Shown here piece after piece: positions 7,291 to 15,825 of a DNA stretch of 43,113 nucleotides (position 1 is the stretch's first letter; every line of letters begins with the position of its first letter). The stretch lies in the sequence record MW406976.1; one strand, 5' to 3'. The notes under the pieces are model-generated. The model worked only from the letters and a program-made list of their open reading frames with translations. It made no database searches and had not been told where the DNA came from. A program made the position numbers and the translations under genes. The DNA comes from Pseudomonas phage HX1.

Positions 7291-7600
7291 CGACATCTGG
7301 CGCAAGAAGGGCGGCGTGCTGGCCCTCGGTGCTTTCGACCTTGCCGGCGAGCTGGTAGGTTCCTGCCTCGTAGTAGGCGGTGAGCTGAAGGCGCTGTGCG
7401 TTGACGACCGACACAGCGGCCAGGGTATCGGAGCTGAGCTGGTACGGGCCGCCGAGCTGGCGGGCGCTGAGTACCTGACGTGCTTCGAGTTCCTGGAGAA
7501 TTTCTACACGAAGCTCGGCTGGAGCGTCTCCCACCGGGAGGCGAACTGGACCGAAGGTGAACCAGACGTACTGCACATGCGGGCGCCTGGCCATGAATGA
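7061..7600 (+). CDS. GNAT-family N-acetyltransferase, 179 aa
   Basis: Acetyl-CoA-binding motif RHSGQGIGAELV followed by FLENFYTKLGW; high GC3. Confidence 0.7.
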   Translation: MSKTSLYPLSLHPGLIQIRTIHVFSIQAPSDAANWWQWFLWQRKYHPLRESLSPAGELSANIAECVLHLRRNGWQDNDIWRKKGGVLALGAFDLAGELVGSCLVVGGELKALCVDDRHSGQGIGAELVRAAELAGAEYLTCFEFLENFYTKLGWSVSHREANWTEGEPDVLHMRAPGHE

Positions 7601-7718
7601 GGTGATTGTATGGCTTATCGCGAACAAACCACTGGTCATCGGAGTCGCCTTCAGTCTGGTGGCCCTGGGCGTGCTGCTCACACAGAACAACGGCGGCCCG
7701 CCTACGGCGCCCGCATGA
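7593..7718 (+). CDS. Small single-pass membrane peptide, 41 aa (MNEVIVWLIANKPLVIGVAFSLVALGVLLTQNNGGPPTAPA); not in ORF track
   Basis: Very high GC3 in this frame only; overlaps the GNAT stop; lies before the primase start. Confidence 0.35.
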   Translation: MNEVIVWLIANKPLVIGVAFSLVALGVLLTQNNGGPPTAPA

Positions 7719-7785
7719 CCTGGCACCTCCAGGACATGTTCGAGGCACGAGGTGGGCTGCGGCCTTTGTGGGAGGAATGGTACCA

Positions 7786-8610
7786 ATGGCACTGCGCCGT
7801 GACTCCTGGCTAAAGCAAGCGCAATCCCTGGCGGTTGGGCAGGTAGGCCGGTTCCGACACGTCCTGGGATGCAAGAGCATGAGCCGGGGCGGGACCAACA
7901 TGACCTGCAAGAACCTGCCTGACCGCTGGGTGGCGTACTGCTACTCCTGTCAGGAGGGTGGCGTGGTCGAGAAAACGCATGTGCGGAGGGTACAATGCGC
8001 GGATCAAGAACGGTTCATGCCCTGGCCCGAGGATGCCTCGGACTGGACGCAGGCCGACTGCTATCAATCGCTCTATGGTTTGCTGCTGTCCAAGGGCATC
8101 GACTACAACGTGATGACGCCAGGGCTGCCGCTGCTGTACAGTGGAAGGCAGCATCGGCTTATCTTCCCTACCGACGCGGGCTGGATTGGGCGCGCTACTG
8201 CCGACCAAAATCCCAAGTGGGTGGGCTACGGGTATCCTGCCCCGGATTACCATGGATGGCCCCAGGAATTATCAATGGGCAGGCCATGGGTGCTGACGGA
8301 AGACTACTTGTCGGCGCTGAAGGTGCGGTGGGCCTGTCCCGAAGTCTTTGCTGTCGGTCTGAACGGTACAAGGCTGCGCGACAGGCTGGCGGCGATCATG
8401 TTGCAGCAGACCTGCAAGCGCGCCTTCATCTTCTTGGATGGCGACCCGGCAGGTGTCCGTGGTAGTGCAGGCGTGATGCGCCGGCTACGGTCCCTGCTTA
8501 TCGAAGGCCAAGTAATACCCACGCCGGACGGGTTCGACCCCAAGGACCTGACCCGCGAGCAGATAAGGAGCCTAGTAATTGGACGTATTGACGCTTCACG
8601 CACTGAGTGA
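7786..8610 (+). CDS. DNA primase (zinc ribbon plus TOPRIM); alternative TTG start at 7606
   Basis: GGAGGA 9 nt upstream of ATG 7786; Cys cluster CKSM...CKNL...CYSC; TOPRIM motifs VLTEDYLSA and FLDGDPAG. Confidence 0.8.
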   Translation: MALRRDSWLKQAQSLAVGQVGRFRHVLGCKSMSRGGTNMTCKNLPDRWVAYCYSCQEGGVVEKTHVRRVQCADQERFMPWPEDASDWTQADCYQSLYGLLLSKGIDYNVMTPGLPLLYSGRQHRLIFPTDAGWIGRATADQNPKWVGYGYPAPDYHGWPQELSMGRPWVLTEDYLSALKVRWACPEVFAVGLNGTRLRDRLAAIMLQQTCKRAFIFLDGDPAGVRGSAGVMRRLRSLLIEGQVIPTPDGFDPKDLTREQIRSLVIGRIDASRTE

Positions 8611-9847
8611 CCGGGACCGCTTCCGCACGTTGCGGAGTGTGGTGCCCGAAGGGATGATGGGGCCGGAGACGTGCTTCGTCATCGACTGGATCGAGCAGTA
8701 TTGGAAGGTCTACCCAGCGCATCAGAAGGTAGACCCGCAGGCGCTGCGAGAACTGATCAAGCTGCGAGGTGGCTACCAGCCGGAACAACTGGCAGTAGTC
8801 CTGAACCTCGTCAACCAACTGGACAAGCCGGTAGACCCGGACTCGCTACAGGGCGTCGTGTCCCAGCTCAACGAGCTGGATTTTTCAGGGCGGGTGGATG
8901 CCCTCCTGGCGCAGTACAACCAGGGCGAAGACATCGACCTGGCGTATGAGCTGCGACGCCTGAGCGACGAGGCCCTGCGCCGCGAAGGGGTCAGCACGCC
9001 GACCGACTACGTGACGGACGACGTGTTTGATATCCTGGCGGAAGAGCAGGGTGACCACGGCATCAAGCTGCCGGGGCTGGTGCTGCCCGCGTATATGAAG
9101 GGCCTCCACGCCGGGGCCTCGGTGCTGGTGGCTGCGCCACCGGATGCGGGCAAGACCTCGTTCATGGCCTGGATCGCCGTACACATTGCACCGCAGCTCA
9201 AGCGGTACTTCGACCCAGGCCGGCCCATCCTATGGCTGAATAACGAGGGCAAGGGGCGGCGGATCAAGCCGCGCCTGTACTCGGCGGCCTTGGGCATGAC
9301 CGTGGGAGAGATTCTTGCCATGGACCCGGAAGAGGTACGCAAGCAGTACGCCGACAAGATCGGCGGCGACTCCGAGCTGATTCGCATCAAGGACTTCCAC
9401 GGTGGGTCCCTGGCCCAGGCCGAGCAGGTCATTGACGCGATGAAGCCGGCGGTGGTGTTTTGGGACATGATGGCTCACGTCAAGGGTGGCCAGCGCAAGG
9501 ACCAGAACCGCACCGACGAGATGGAGTATAAGGTGGCCGAGGTCCGCGAGATGGCGGTGCGCCACGACTTCATCAGCTTTATGACGTGGCAGATCAGTAA
9601 CGATGGCCACGACCAGTTGTTCCCGCCGCAGTCCTGCCTCAAGGATTCGAAGACAGCGGTACAGGGCGCTGTGGATGTGCAAATCCACCTGGGCCGTCTC
9701 AACGGTGCGGATCAACAGGTCATGCGTGGCCTGTCCCTGCCGAAGAACAAGTTCCAGATGGACGGGAAGCCTTCGAACGTGGAGGCGATGATTAACTTCG
9801 ACGCCGCTCGGTGTCGTTTCTTTGAGAGTGTGGATCATGCAAGCTAA
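8579..9847 (+). CDS. DnaB-like replicative DNA helicase
   Basis: Walker A PPDAGKTS; TTG start with AAGGAG 9 nt upstream; overlaps the primase end. Confidence 0.8.
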   Translation: MDVLTLHALSDRDRFRTLRSVVPEGMMGPETCFVIDWIEQYWKVYPAHQKVDPQALRELIKLRGGYQPEQLAVVLNLVNQLDKPVDPDSLQGVVSQLNELDFSGRVDALLAQYNQGEDIDLAYELRRLSDEALRREGVSTPTDYVTDDVFDILAEEQGDHGIKLPGLVLPAYMKGLHAGASVLVAAPPDAGKTSFMAWIAVHIAPQLKRYFDPGRPILWLNNEGKGRRIKPRLYSAALGMTVGEILAMDPEEVRKQYADKIGGDSELIRIKDFHGGSLAQAEQVIDAMKPAVVFWDMMAHVKGGQRKDQNRTDEMEYKVAEVREMAVRHDFISFMTWQISNDGHDQLFPPQSCLKDSKTAVQGAVDVQIHLGRLNGADQQVMRGLSLPKNKFQMDGKPSNVEAMINFDAARCRFFESVDHAS

Positions 9848-10451
9848 GCACTGCGAACTCCTGAACGGTACCAAGGAGATTTCTCCCATCGAACTGCCCG
9901 GTCCGATGGAGCAGCTCCTCCTGCGCCTGTACTCCGATGTCACTCATCACGAGGGCGTGGCCCTGGTCGGTGGGTGTCTGCGAGACCTGATGCACGGTGC
10001 TGAGCCGAAGGATGTGGACGTGGCCCTGTACGGGATGTCCCAGCGCCGAGCAGAGCAGTTGGTGGCCGGCATGCTGGGCTTCCTGGACCCGCTCGTCTTC
10101 CGGGCTGGTGGCTGGTCCTCGCAGTACGCCGACTGCGGCGATAGCGGTATCTTCGTGGGCGTCCTGCAACTCGTCGGCTGCCGTGGCCTGAACGGCTACG
10201 ACGTGGACTTCAACTACTACAACGCCGGCAGCTTGGGACGGGTCCTGGAGTCCTTCGACTTCACCATCAACCAGGTCGCCACGGCCTACCACTGGCCGGA
10301 CCCCGAGGGCGGGCCGGAGCTGGGCACGTATCTGCACAAGGACGTTATCTGGGGCGTGAACAAGGAAGTCGGGTCAGGCTCGCGGCGTCCCGAGCGGCGT
10401 GAGAAAATGCTGGCCAAGGCCGCGAATTACGGATGGGAGAACGCACGATGA
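9837..10451 (+). CDS. Pol-beta superfamily nucleotidyltransferase, CCA-adding / poly(A)-polymerase head domain, 204 aa
   Basis: ALVGGCLRDLMHGAEPKDVDVAL matches the GG-x-VRD ... D-x-D signature of class II tRNA nucleotidyltransferases; internal ATG of track ORF 9822..10451. Confidence 0.6.
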   Translation: MQAKHCELLNGTKEISPIELPGPMEQLLLRLYSDVTHHEGVALVGGCLRDLMHGAEPKDVDVALYGMSQRRAEQLVAGMLGFLDPLVFRAGGWSSQYADCGDSGIFVGVLQLVGCRGLNGYDVDFNYYNAGSLGRVLESFDFTINQVATAYHWPDPEGGPELGTYLHKDVIWGVNKEVGSGSRRPERREKMLAKAANYGWENAR

Positions 10452-11395
10452 GCAAGCGCGACGTGGTACTGGCTATCGAGAAAGGCATCTGGCGCGGCGT
10501 AGACCAGAACGACAAGGCCGTCGAAGCCATCATCAAGAAGAACGGGTACGTGATCGTCGAGCCTAAGATCGACGGGTGCCGTGCCATCGTCGGTGCGCAT
10601 GGCGTGGTGTCCCGCAGCGGGCGCCGCTTCCCGGCCCTGGATGGCTTGGAAGACCGCATCATCGAGCGACTGGCCCGACCGGGGCTGGACTCCGGCCTGG
10701 TGCTGGACTGCGAGATGTACCTGGCCGGCATGCCCTTCAGCGAGGCGACTGGCCGCATGTCGAGTAAGACCCCGCTGACCGAGGAAGAGCTGGAGTGCCT
10801 GCACTTCGCGGTATTCGACGCCACCCATATCGACGTGCTCCGCAAGGCGCGCACCTCCCACCTGGTATACGAAGAGCGCCGAGCCATGGCCAGCAGCCTC
10901 CTGGCAGCCTGCCGCCTCAGCGATACCCCGACATTCTTCCAGGTTGGCTCGCAGACCGCCCGGTCGATGGAAGCAGTACGCCGCTGGTATGAATACAACC
11001 GTGCCATGGGATTCGAGGGGTCGATGGAGAAAGACCCCAGCATGGTCTACCGCAACGGCAAGGTCGCCGGCTGCTACAAGCGCAAGCCGGGCATCACCGT
11101 AGATGGCCGCATCGTCGGGTACGTGATGGGCAAGACTGGCAAGAACGTGGGCCGCGTCGTGGGCTATCGCGTGGAGCTGGAAGACGGCACAGGCGTCGTG
11201 TCTGCCGCCGGCCTCACCGAGGATCACATCCAGCTCCTCACCTGTGCGCACCTCAACGGCTGCCTAGACGAGGAGATGCCGAACTACGGGCGCATCGTCG
11301 AGGTCTCCGCGATGGAGCGCTCGGCCAACACCCTCCGCCATCCAAGCTTCAGTCGCTTCCGCGACCTGGCCAGTAACCCTGGAGTGAAGGTATGA
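10448..11395 (+). CDS. ATP-dependent DNA ligase
   Basis: Adenylation motif EPKIDGCRA (KxDG); ATGA overlap; GGGAGA RBS. Confidence 0.85.
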   Translation: MSKRDVVLAIEKGIWRGVDQNDKAVEAIIKKNGYVIVEPKIDGCRAIVGAHGVVSRSGRRFPALDGLEDRIIERLARPGLDSGLVLDCEMYLAGMPFSEATGRMSSKTPLTEEELECLHFAVFDATHIDVLRKARTSHLVYEERRAMASSLLAACRLSDTPTFFQVGSQTARSMEAVRRWYEYNRAMGFEGSMEKDPSMVYRNGKVAGCYKRKPGITVDGRIVGYVMGKTGKNVGRVVGYRVELEDGTGVVSAAGLTEDHIQLLTCAHLNGCLDEEMPNYGRIVEVSAMERSANTLRHPSFSRFRDLASNPGVKV

Positions 11396-11676
11396 AGATT
11401 CGAAAGTCCCATAACCGCAACTACCCGGAAGATATGGTATACCACGCCACCAACCGGGATTCGCTGCTGTATCCGAAGTACGTCATGGGTTCCGTGTTCA
11501 TCAGCCAGGACGGAACATTCCGCATCTGCGTCATGGCAGGGACTTGGGACCACGTTGGGTCCGAAGTTCGGCATCATGCGCGGGACATCCAATCCCTCGG
11601 CGCCGGTCGCCGTAAGTTGCACCGGGTCATGCGACGTCTGCGTCGCAATCTGCGACAGGTAGGAGTCAAAGTATGA
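11392..11676 (+). CDS. Hypothetical protein, 94 aa
   Basis: ATGA overlap coupling; lower GC than neighbouring genes. Confidence 0.55.
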   Translation: MKIRKSHNRNYPEDMVYHATNRDSLLYPKYVMGSVFISQDGTFRICVMAGTWDHVGSEVRHHARDIQSLGAGRRKLHRVMRRLRRNLRQVGVKV

Positions 11677-11993
11677 GAATGCCCACCGAGGAAGAACGCA
11701 TGATCCGCTGCTTGCTGGCGGATATCCACGAACCCCTGGACCTGCTGTTCCCCGGCCTCCGCACCAAGGCCCATATGGACCCTCAAGCGGAAGAGCTGTC
11801 GATTCGAATTGACTACGACCATGCGAAGCTGGGCCGTATGGGATTCTGCCACGCGGTCTCCCTGTACCAACTGACCATATGGGGACGTGAAGGAATGGTC
11901 CGCTACCTGATGCAGGAGATTCCCCGCCGTGTGCTGGAAGGTCTACTGGTCAAGGCGCAGCAGTACAGTCAAAGCAACTGGTACAGCAAATGA
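11673..11993 (+). CDS. Hypothetical protein, 106 aa
   Basis: ATGA overlap coupling. Confidence 0.55.
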   Translation: MRMPTEEERMIRCLLADIHEPLDLLFPGLRTKAHMDPQAEELSIRIDYDHAKLGRMGFCHAVSLYQLTIWGREGMVRYLMQEIPRRVLEGLLVKAQQYSQSNWYSK

Positions 11994-14413
11994 CGACTAT
12001 CCGAATCCTCGACCTCGAAACCGAGAGCTACGAGCACAAGGGGCGCAAGGCGTCGCCCTTTGACCCCCGCAACTACATCGTCATGGCCGGCTGGCGGGAC
12101 GATGTTGACGGCAAGGTCGGCCAGAAGGTGGAACATCGCTTCCGCAGCCGGGCCGAAGCCGAAGACCCGAACAACCGCTGGTTCAACCTCGACGGTGTGG
12201 ACGTGATCGTAGCTCACAATGCCATGTTCGAATCGAACTGGTTCTTCACCCGCTACCGGGACGAGTACCTGGCCTTCCTGCGACGCGGGGGCCGGGTCTG
12301 GTGTACCCAGCAGGCCGAGTATCTGCTGAGTCATCAGACGTGGCTGTACCCGGCACTCGACGAGCTGGCTCCGAAGTACGGCGGCACCCACAAGGTGGAC
12401 GGCATCAAGATGCTGTGGGACCAGGGTGTGCTCACCTCGGAGATGGACCAGGACCTGCTGAGCGAGTACCTGTCCGGCCCGTGCGGCGACATCGAGAATA
12501 CCGCCCTCGTGTTCTACGGCCAGTTGATGAAGCTTCAGGCCCGTGGCATGTGGGCTGGCTACCTGGAGCGCTGCGAGGCCCTGATCGGTTTCTCGGCGAT
12601 GGAGTGTGCCGGCCTGAAGGTGGACCTCGAAGTCGCCAAGGTGAACCACGCCAAGCAACTGGAAGAGGTGGCCGGGATCGAGGCCGAGCTGAAGAAGCTG
12701 ATGCCCGACTTCCCGGAATACTTCGAGTTCAAGTATACCAGCCTCTACCATATGAGCGCATGGCTCTACGGTGGCGAGGTGCGGTACAAGGGCCGGGTGC
12801 CGTACGAAGATGGCCGGATGGAGAAAGCCGACTTCGTGCGCTTCGGTACGGTCAAGCGGGGGACTCCAATCGAGAGTACCTCAGTGCGGGTCCCGATCCA
12901 CGAAGTGACCGACCAGGGTGAGTGGCACTGGCCCACCATCACCGAGCTGGCGACCAAGCACGGCCCGGTCATCACGTTCTCCGCTGGCAAGAACAAGGGC
13001 AGCGTCAAGGTGTTCCGGGAGGATACGGACATCCCGGCGACCAAGTGGGATGACGACCAGCGATTCCGGTTCCCCGGCCTGATCAACCTTAACAACCTGC
13101 CGGAAGTGGTGCGCGAGAAATTCCTGGGCAAGCGCCCGGAGTTCCAGTGCGCCCTCACCCTGGCGGATGGATCGCCCGTGTTCAGCACCAGCGGCGACGC
13201 CCTCAAGGCTCTGGAGAAACAGGGCTTCGAGGCGGCCAAGCTGCTGATGCGTCTGGCGGAACTGCACAAGGACAACTCCTCGTTCTACATCACCCACACC
13301 TACAACAAGGATGGGACGATTAAGGACACGAAGGGGATGCTCCAGTACGTCGATGACGACGGCATCATCCACCACTCGCTGAATACCACGGCCACGGCCA
13401 CGACTCGCTTGTCGTCCAGCCGGCCCAACCTCCAGCAGCTCCCGTCGAAGGACGAGGACGACCCAGAAGCCGGCAGCCGCGTGAAGGAGATGTTCGTGTC
13501 TCGCTTCGGCGCGGACGGGATGATCGGCGAGACCGACTATACCGCCCTGGAGGTGGTGATGTTGGCGGCCCTGTCGAAGGATCGGAACCTCCTGGCGAAG
13601 CTGATGGCTGGCACGGACATGCACTTGTACCGCCTGGCAGGGAAGCACAACAACTGGAACGGGTTCGACTACGACCAGCTCGTGGCTATCAAGAAGGACC
13701 CCAACCACCCGTGGCACGGTCGCATGATGCAGGCTCGAAAGAACATCAAGCCCAAGGCATTCTCGGCGCAGTATGGCGCGAGTGCGGCTGGTATCGCATT
13801 CAACACCGGCTGTACCGTGGAAGAGGCCCAGGAATTCCTGGACAACGAGGCGGCCCTGTTCCCCGAGTCCATCGCATTCCGGCAGATCGTCCGCGACAGT
13901 GCAGAGGCCACCAGCCTCGTCATGTACAAGGCCGAGGACCAGATGCCGGCAGGCGCCTTCAGCGAGATGGGGCCGGATGGCAACTGGCGCCAGTACCGCC
14001 GAGGATTCTGGCAAGCGCCGGGTGGCACCTGCTACAGCTTCCGCCAACAGGAGCGCTGGGACAAGGAACAGCGCAAGACGGTCATGGACTTCAAGGACAC
14101 GCAGATCGCCAACTACTGGAACCAGGGCGAGGCTGGGTTCATGATGACCGTGAGCGTGGGGCGCATCTTCCGCTGGATGCTGCACCGCCCAGGATTCATG
14201 GTCACCGAATTCCTGATCAACAACGTACACGATGCCGTGTACACCGACTGCCACAAGGACACCGCCGCCGAGGTCAACAAGGGCGTGCGCGACATCATGG
14301 CCGACGCTGCCCGCTACATGAGCGAGCGCCTGGGCTACGACATCGCAGACGTTCCGTTCCCGGCAGTGGCCGAGATGGGGCCGAACATGTTCAATATGGA
14401 GGTGATCCAGTGA
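11990..14413 (+). CDS. Family-A (T7-like) DNA polymerase with 3'-5' exonuclease domain, 807 aa
   Basis: Exo I motif ILDLETESY; length and position as in T7-like phages. Confidence 0.9.
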   Translation: MTTIRILDLETESYEHKGRKASPFDPRNYIVMAGWRDDVDGKVGQKVEHRFRSRAEAEDPNNRWFNLDGVDVIVAHNAMFESNWFFTRYRDEYLAFLRRGGRVWCTQQAEYLLSHQTWLYPALDELAPKYGGTHKVDGIKMLWDQGVLTSEMDQDLLSEYLSGPCGDIENTALVFYGQLMKLQARGMWAGYLERCEALIGFSAMECAGLKVDLEVAKVNHAKQLEEVAGIEAELKKLMPDFPEYFEFKYTSLYHMSAWLYGGEVRYKGRVPYEDGRMEKADFVRFGTVKRGTPIESTSVRVPIHEVTDQGEWHWPTITELATKHGPVITFSAGKNKGSVKVFREDTDIPATKWDDDQRFRFPGLINLNNLPEVVREKFLGKRPEFQCALTLADGSPVFSTSGDALKALEKQGFEAAKLLMRLAELHKDNSSFYITHTYNKDGTIKDTKGMLQYVDDDGIIHHSLNTTATATTRLSSSRPNLQQLPSKDEDDPEAGSRVKEMFVSRFGADGMIGETDYTALEVVMLAALSKDRNLLAKLMAGTDMHLYRLAGKHNNWNGFDYDQLVAIKKDPNHPWHGRMMQARKNIKPKAFSAQYGASAAGIAFNTGCTVEEAQEFLDNEAALFPESIAFRQIVRDSAEATSLVMYKAEDQMPAGAFSEMGPDGNWRQYRRGFWQAPGGTCYSFRQQERWDKEQRKTVMDFKDTQIANYWNQGEAGFMMTVSVGRIFRWMLHRPGFMVTEFLINNVHDAVYTDCHKDTAAEVNKGVRDIMADAARYMSERLGYDIADVPFPAVAEMGPNMFNMEVIQ

Positions 14414-14721
14414 AAGAACTGCACCCGCTGCACACGCCTGAGTTCGTCAAGACATTCCTGGACCAGACCGGGTGCCTGCCGGGAGTACGCCGTACGGGCC
14501 GCACCACCGGCATTGCTCTACAGGCCATTGGCATGGCGCTGTCCCATCCGAGGGAAACCCTGACGTTCGTGGACCACCCGGACGGCAGCGCGGCAGCACT
14601 GGTGGCCAGCATTGAAACCATACTGGCGACCTTGGGCTACAAGAACGTCCTCGTTCGACCCACAACCCGTGCGGATGGGCGCAGCGTGAACATCGTCTTC
14701 AAGACGCTACCGAACGCCTGA
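14410..14721 (+). CDS. Hypothetical protein, 103 aa (GTG start; RTGRTTG motif)
   Basis: GTG overlapping the DNAP stop; AGGTGA RBS; high GC3. Confidence 0.55.
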   Translation: MKELHPLHTPEFVKTFLDQTGCLPGVRRTGRTTGIALQAIGMALSHPRETLTFVDHPDGSAAALVASIETILATLGYKNVLVRPTTRADGRSVNIVFKTLPNA

Positions 14722-14740
14722 CGACCCTTCCCTACTCCGG
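14722..14740 (+). other. phiKMV-type nick consensus CGACccttcCCTACTCCGG, start of a ~50-bp leader shared with the capsid gene
   Basis: Exact consensus; followed by GCCTTAAATCTTCATCC...GAGAGAGA...ATG, closely similar to 24909-24962. Confidence 0.7.
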
Positions 14741-14775
14741 CCTTAAATCTTCATCCGACACGAGAGAGACCACGC

Positions 14776-15825
14776 ATGACTCAACAACTCAACGCTCTGC
14801 AAGCCGCCCTCGCCCTGGCCAACAAGGCTGCCGAGACCGCAACCATCGACATGTCCGAAACCTCCACCGGCGGTGGCGGCGGTCGAATCTTCCCGGCGGG
14901 CACCGCCATGGGCCGCTTCTGCATCTACATCGAGCTGGGTGACCACGCCAAGGAATTCCAGGGCAAGCTCAAGAATCCGGCGCCTCAAATCCGCCTGGGC
15001 TTCGCACTGTGGGGCGACGTGAACCCGCAGGCCGGTAACCCGCAGAGCCGCCCGGACGACCTGTTCCACACCTACGAGGCCGACGGCTCTATCAAGCCCG
15101 GCCTGTTCCGAACCTTCGAGATGACCCTCGGCAATAACGAGAAATCGAAGACCAAGCTCGCCTTCGACAAGATGAACTGGAGCGGGCAGCATACCCACTT
15201 CGCTCAGATGCTCGGCCAGGCGTTCATCATCCCGATCAAGCGCACCAAGATCACCAAGGGCAACAACGCCGGCAAGGAACGCAACGACATCGATTGGGGC
15301 GGCATCATGAAGCCCTACAACCCGGTCGATGGCAGCCCGTACAACGTGCCGGAACTGCCGATGGACCTGTTGCAGTATTTCTTCTTCGACGCGCCGACCA
15401 AGGAGACCTGGGACGCCCTGTATATCGAGGGCACCTCGGACAACGGCAAGTCCAAGAACTTCCTGCAAGAGACCATTCGCTCGGCCACCAACTTCCCCGG
15501 CTCGGCCCTGCACATCATGTTGGGCGGCGGCGACGATCTGATCATCAAGCCAACGAGCCAGGCCGCAGGCAGCAACCTGCCGGCAGTGCCCAACGTGGCC
15601 GCCGATGCAGGCGTAGCAGCAGCCCCTGCCGTCCCGGCAGTCCCGCAGGCAGTGGCTCAGACGGCCCCCAGCGTGCCCCAGGTGGCGAATGTGGCTGCCC
15701 CTGTGGTAGGTACTGCCGAGGCGCAGAACGTGCTGCCTGACGTGCCCCAGGTGGCTCAGACGGCGGCTCCGGCAGCGGTCGAAGTCCCGGCGGTCCCGGT
15801 AGTGCCGGCAGTACCGCAGGTCTAA
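14776..15825 (+). CDS. Hypothetical 349-aa protein with Pro/Ala/Val-rich repetitive C-terminal tail (possible DNA-binding/replication accessory protein)
   Basis: Purine-rich RBS; the C-terminal ~85 aa are degenerate VPAVPQVAQTA-type repeats. Confidence 0.7.
   Translation: MTQQLNALQAALALANKAAETATIDMSETSTGGGGGRIFPAGTAMGRFCIYIELGDHAKEFQGKLKNPAPQIRLGFALWGDVNPQAGNPQSRPDDLFHTYEADGSIKPGLFRTFEMTLGNNEKSKTKLAFDKMNWSGQHTHFAQMLGQAFIIPIKRTKITKGNNAGKERNDIDWGGIMKPYNPVDGSPYNVPELPMDLLQYFFFDAPTKETWDALYIEGTSDNGKSKNFLQETIRSATNFPGSALHIMLGGGDDLIIKPTSQAAGSNLPAVPNVAADAGVAAAPAVPAVPQAVAQTAPSVPQVANVAAPVVGTAEAQNVLPDVPQVAQTAAPAAVEVPAVPVVPAVPQV
15590..15825 (+). repeat. Degenerate in-frame tandem repeat encoding the Pro/Ala/Val-rich tail
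   Basis: GTGCCCCAGGTGGC and GCTCAGACGGC each occur twice about 73 bp apart. Confidence 0.5.

Noticed and set aside
7606-7813. TTG 7606 start for primase, and 67-aa ORF 7610..7813
   Set aside because: The frame carrying codon bias in 7593-7718 is a third one (the small TM peptide). A GGAGGA RBS precedes ATG 7786, a better primase start. The 7610 ORF may have some coding potential only from ATG 7715 (32 aa) and was left uncalled.
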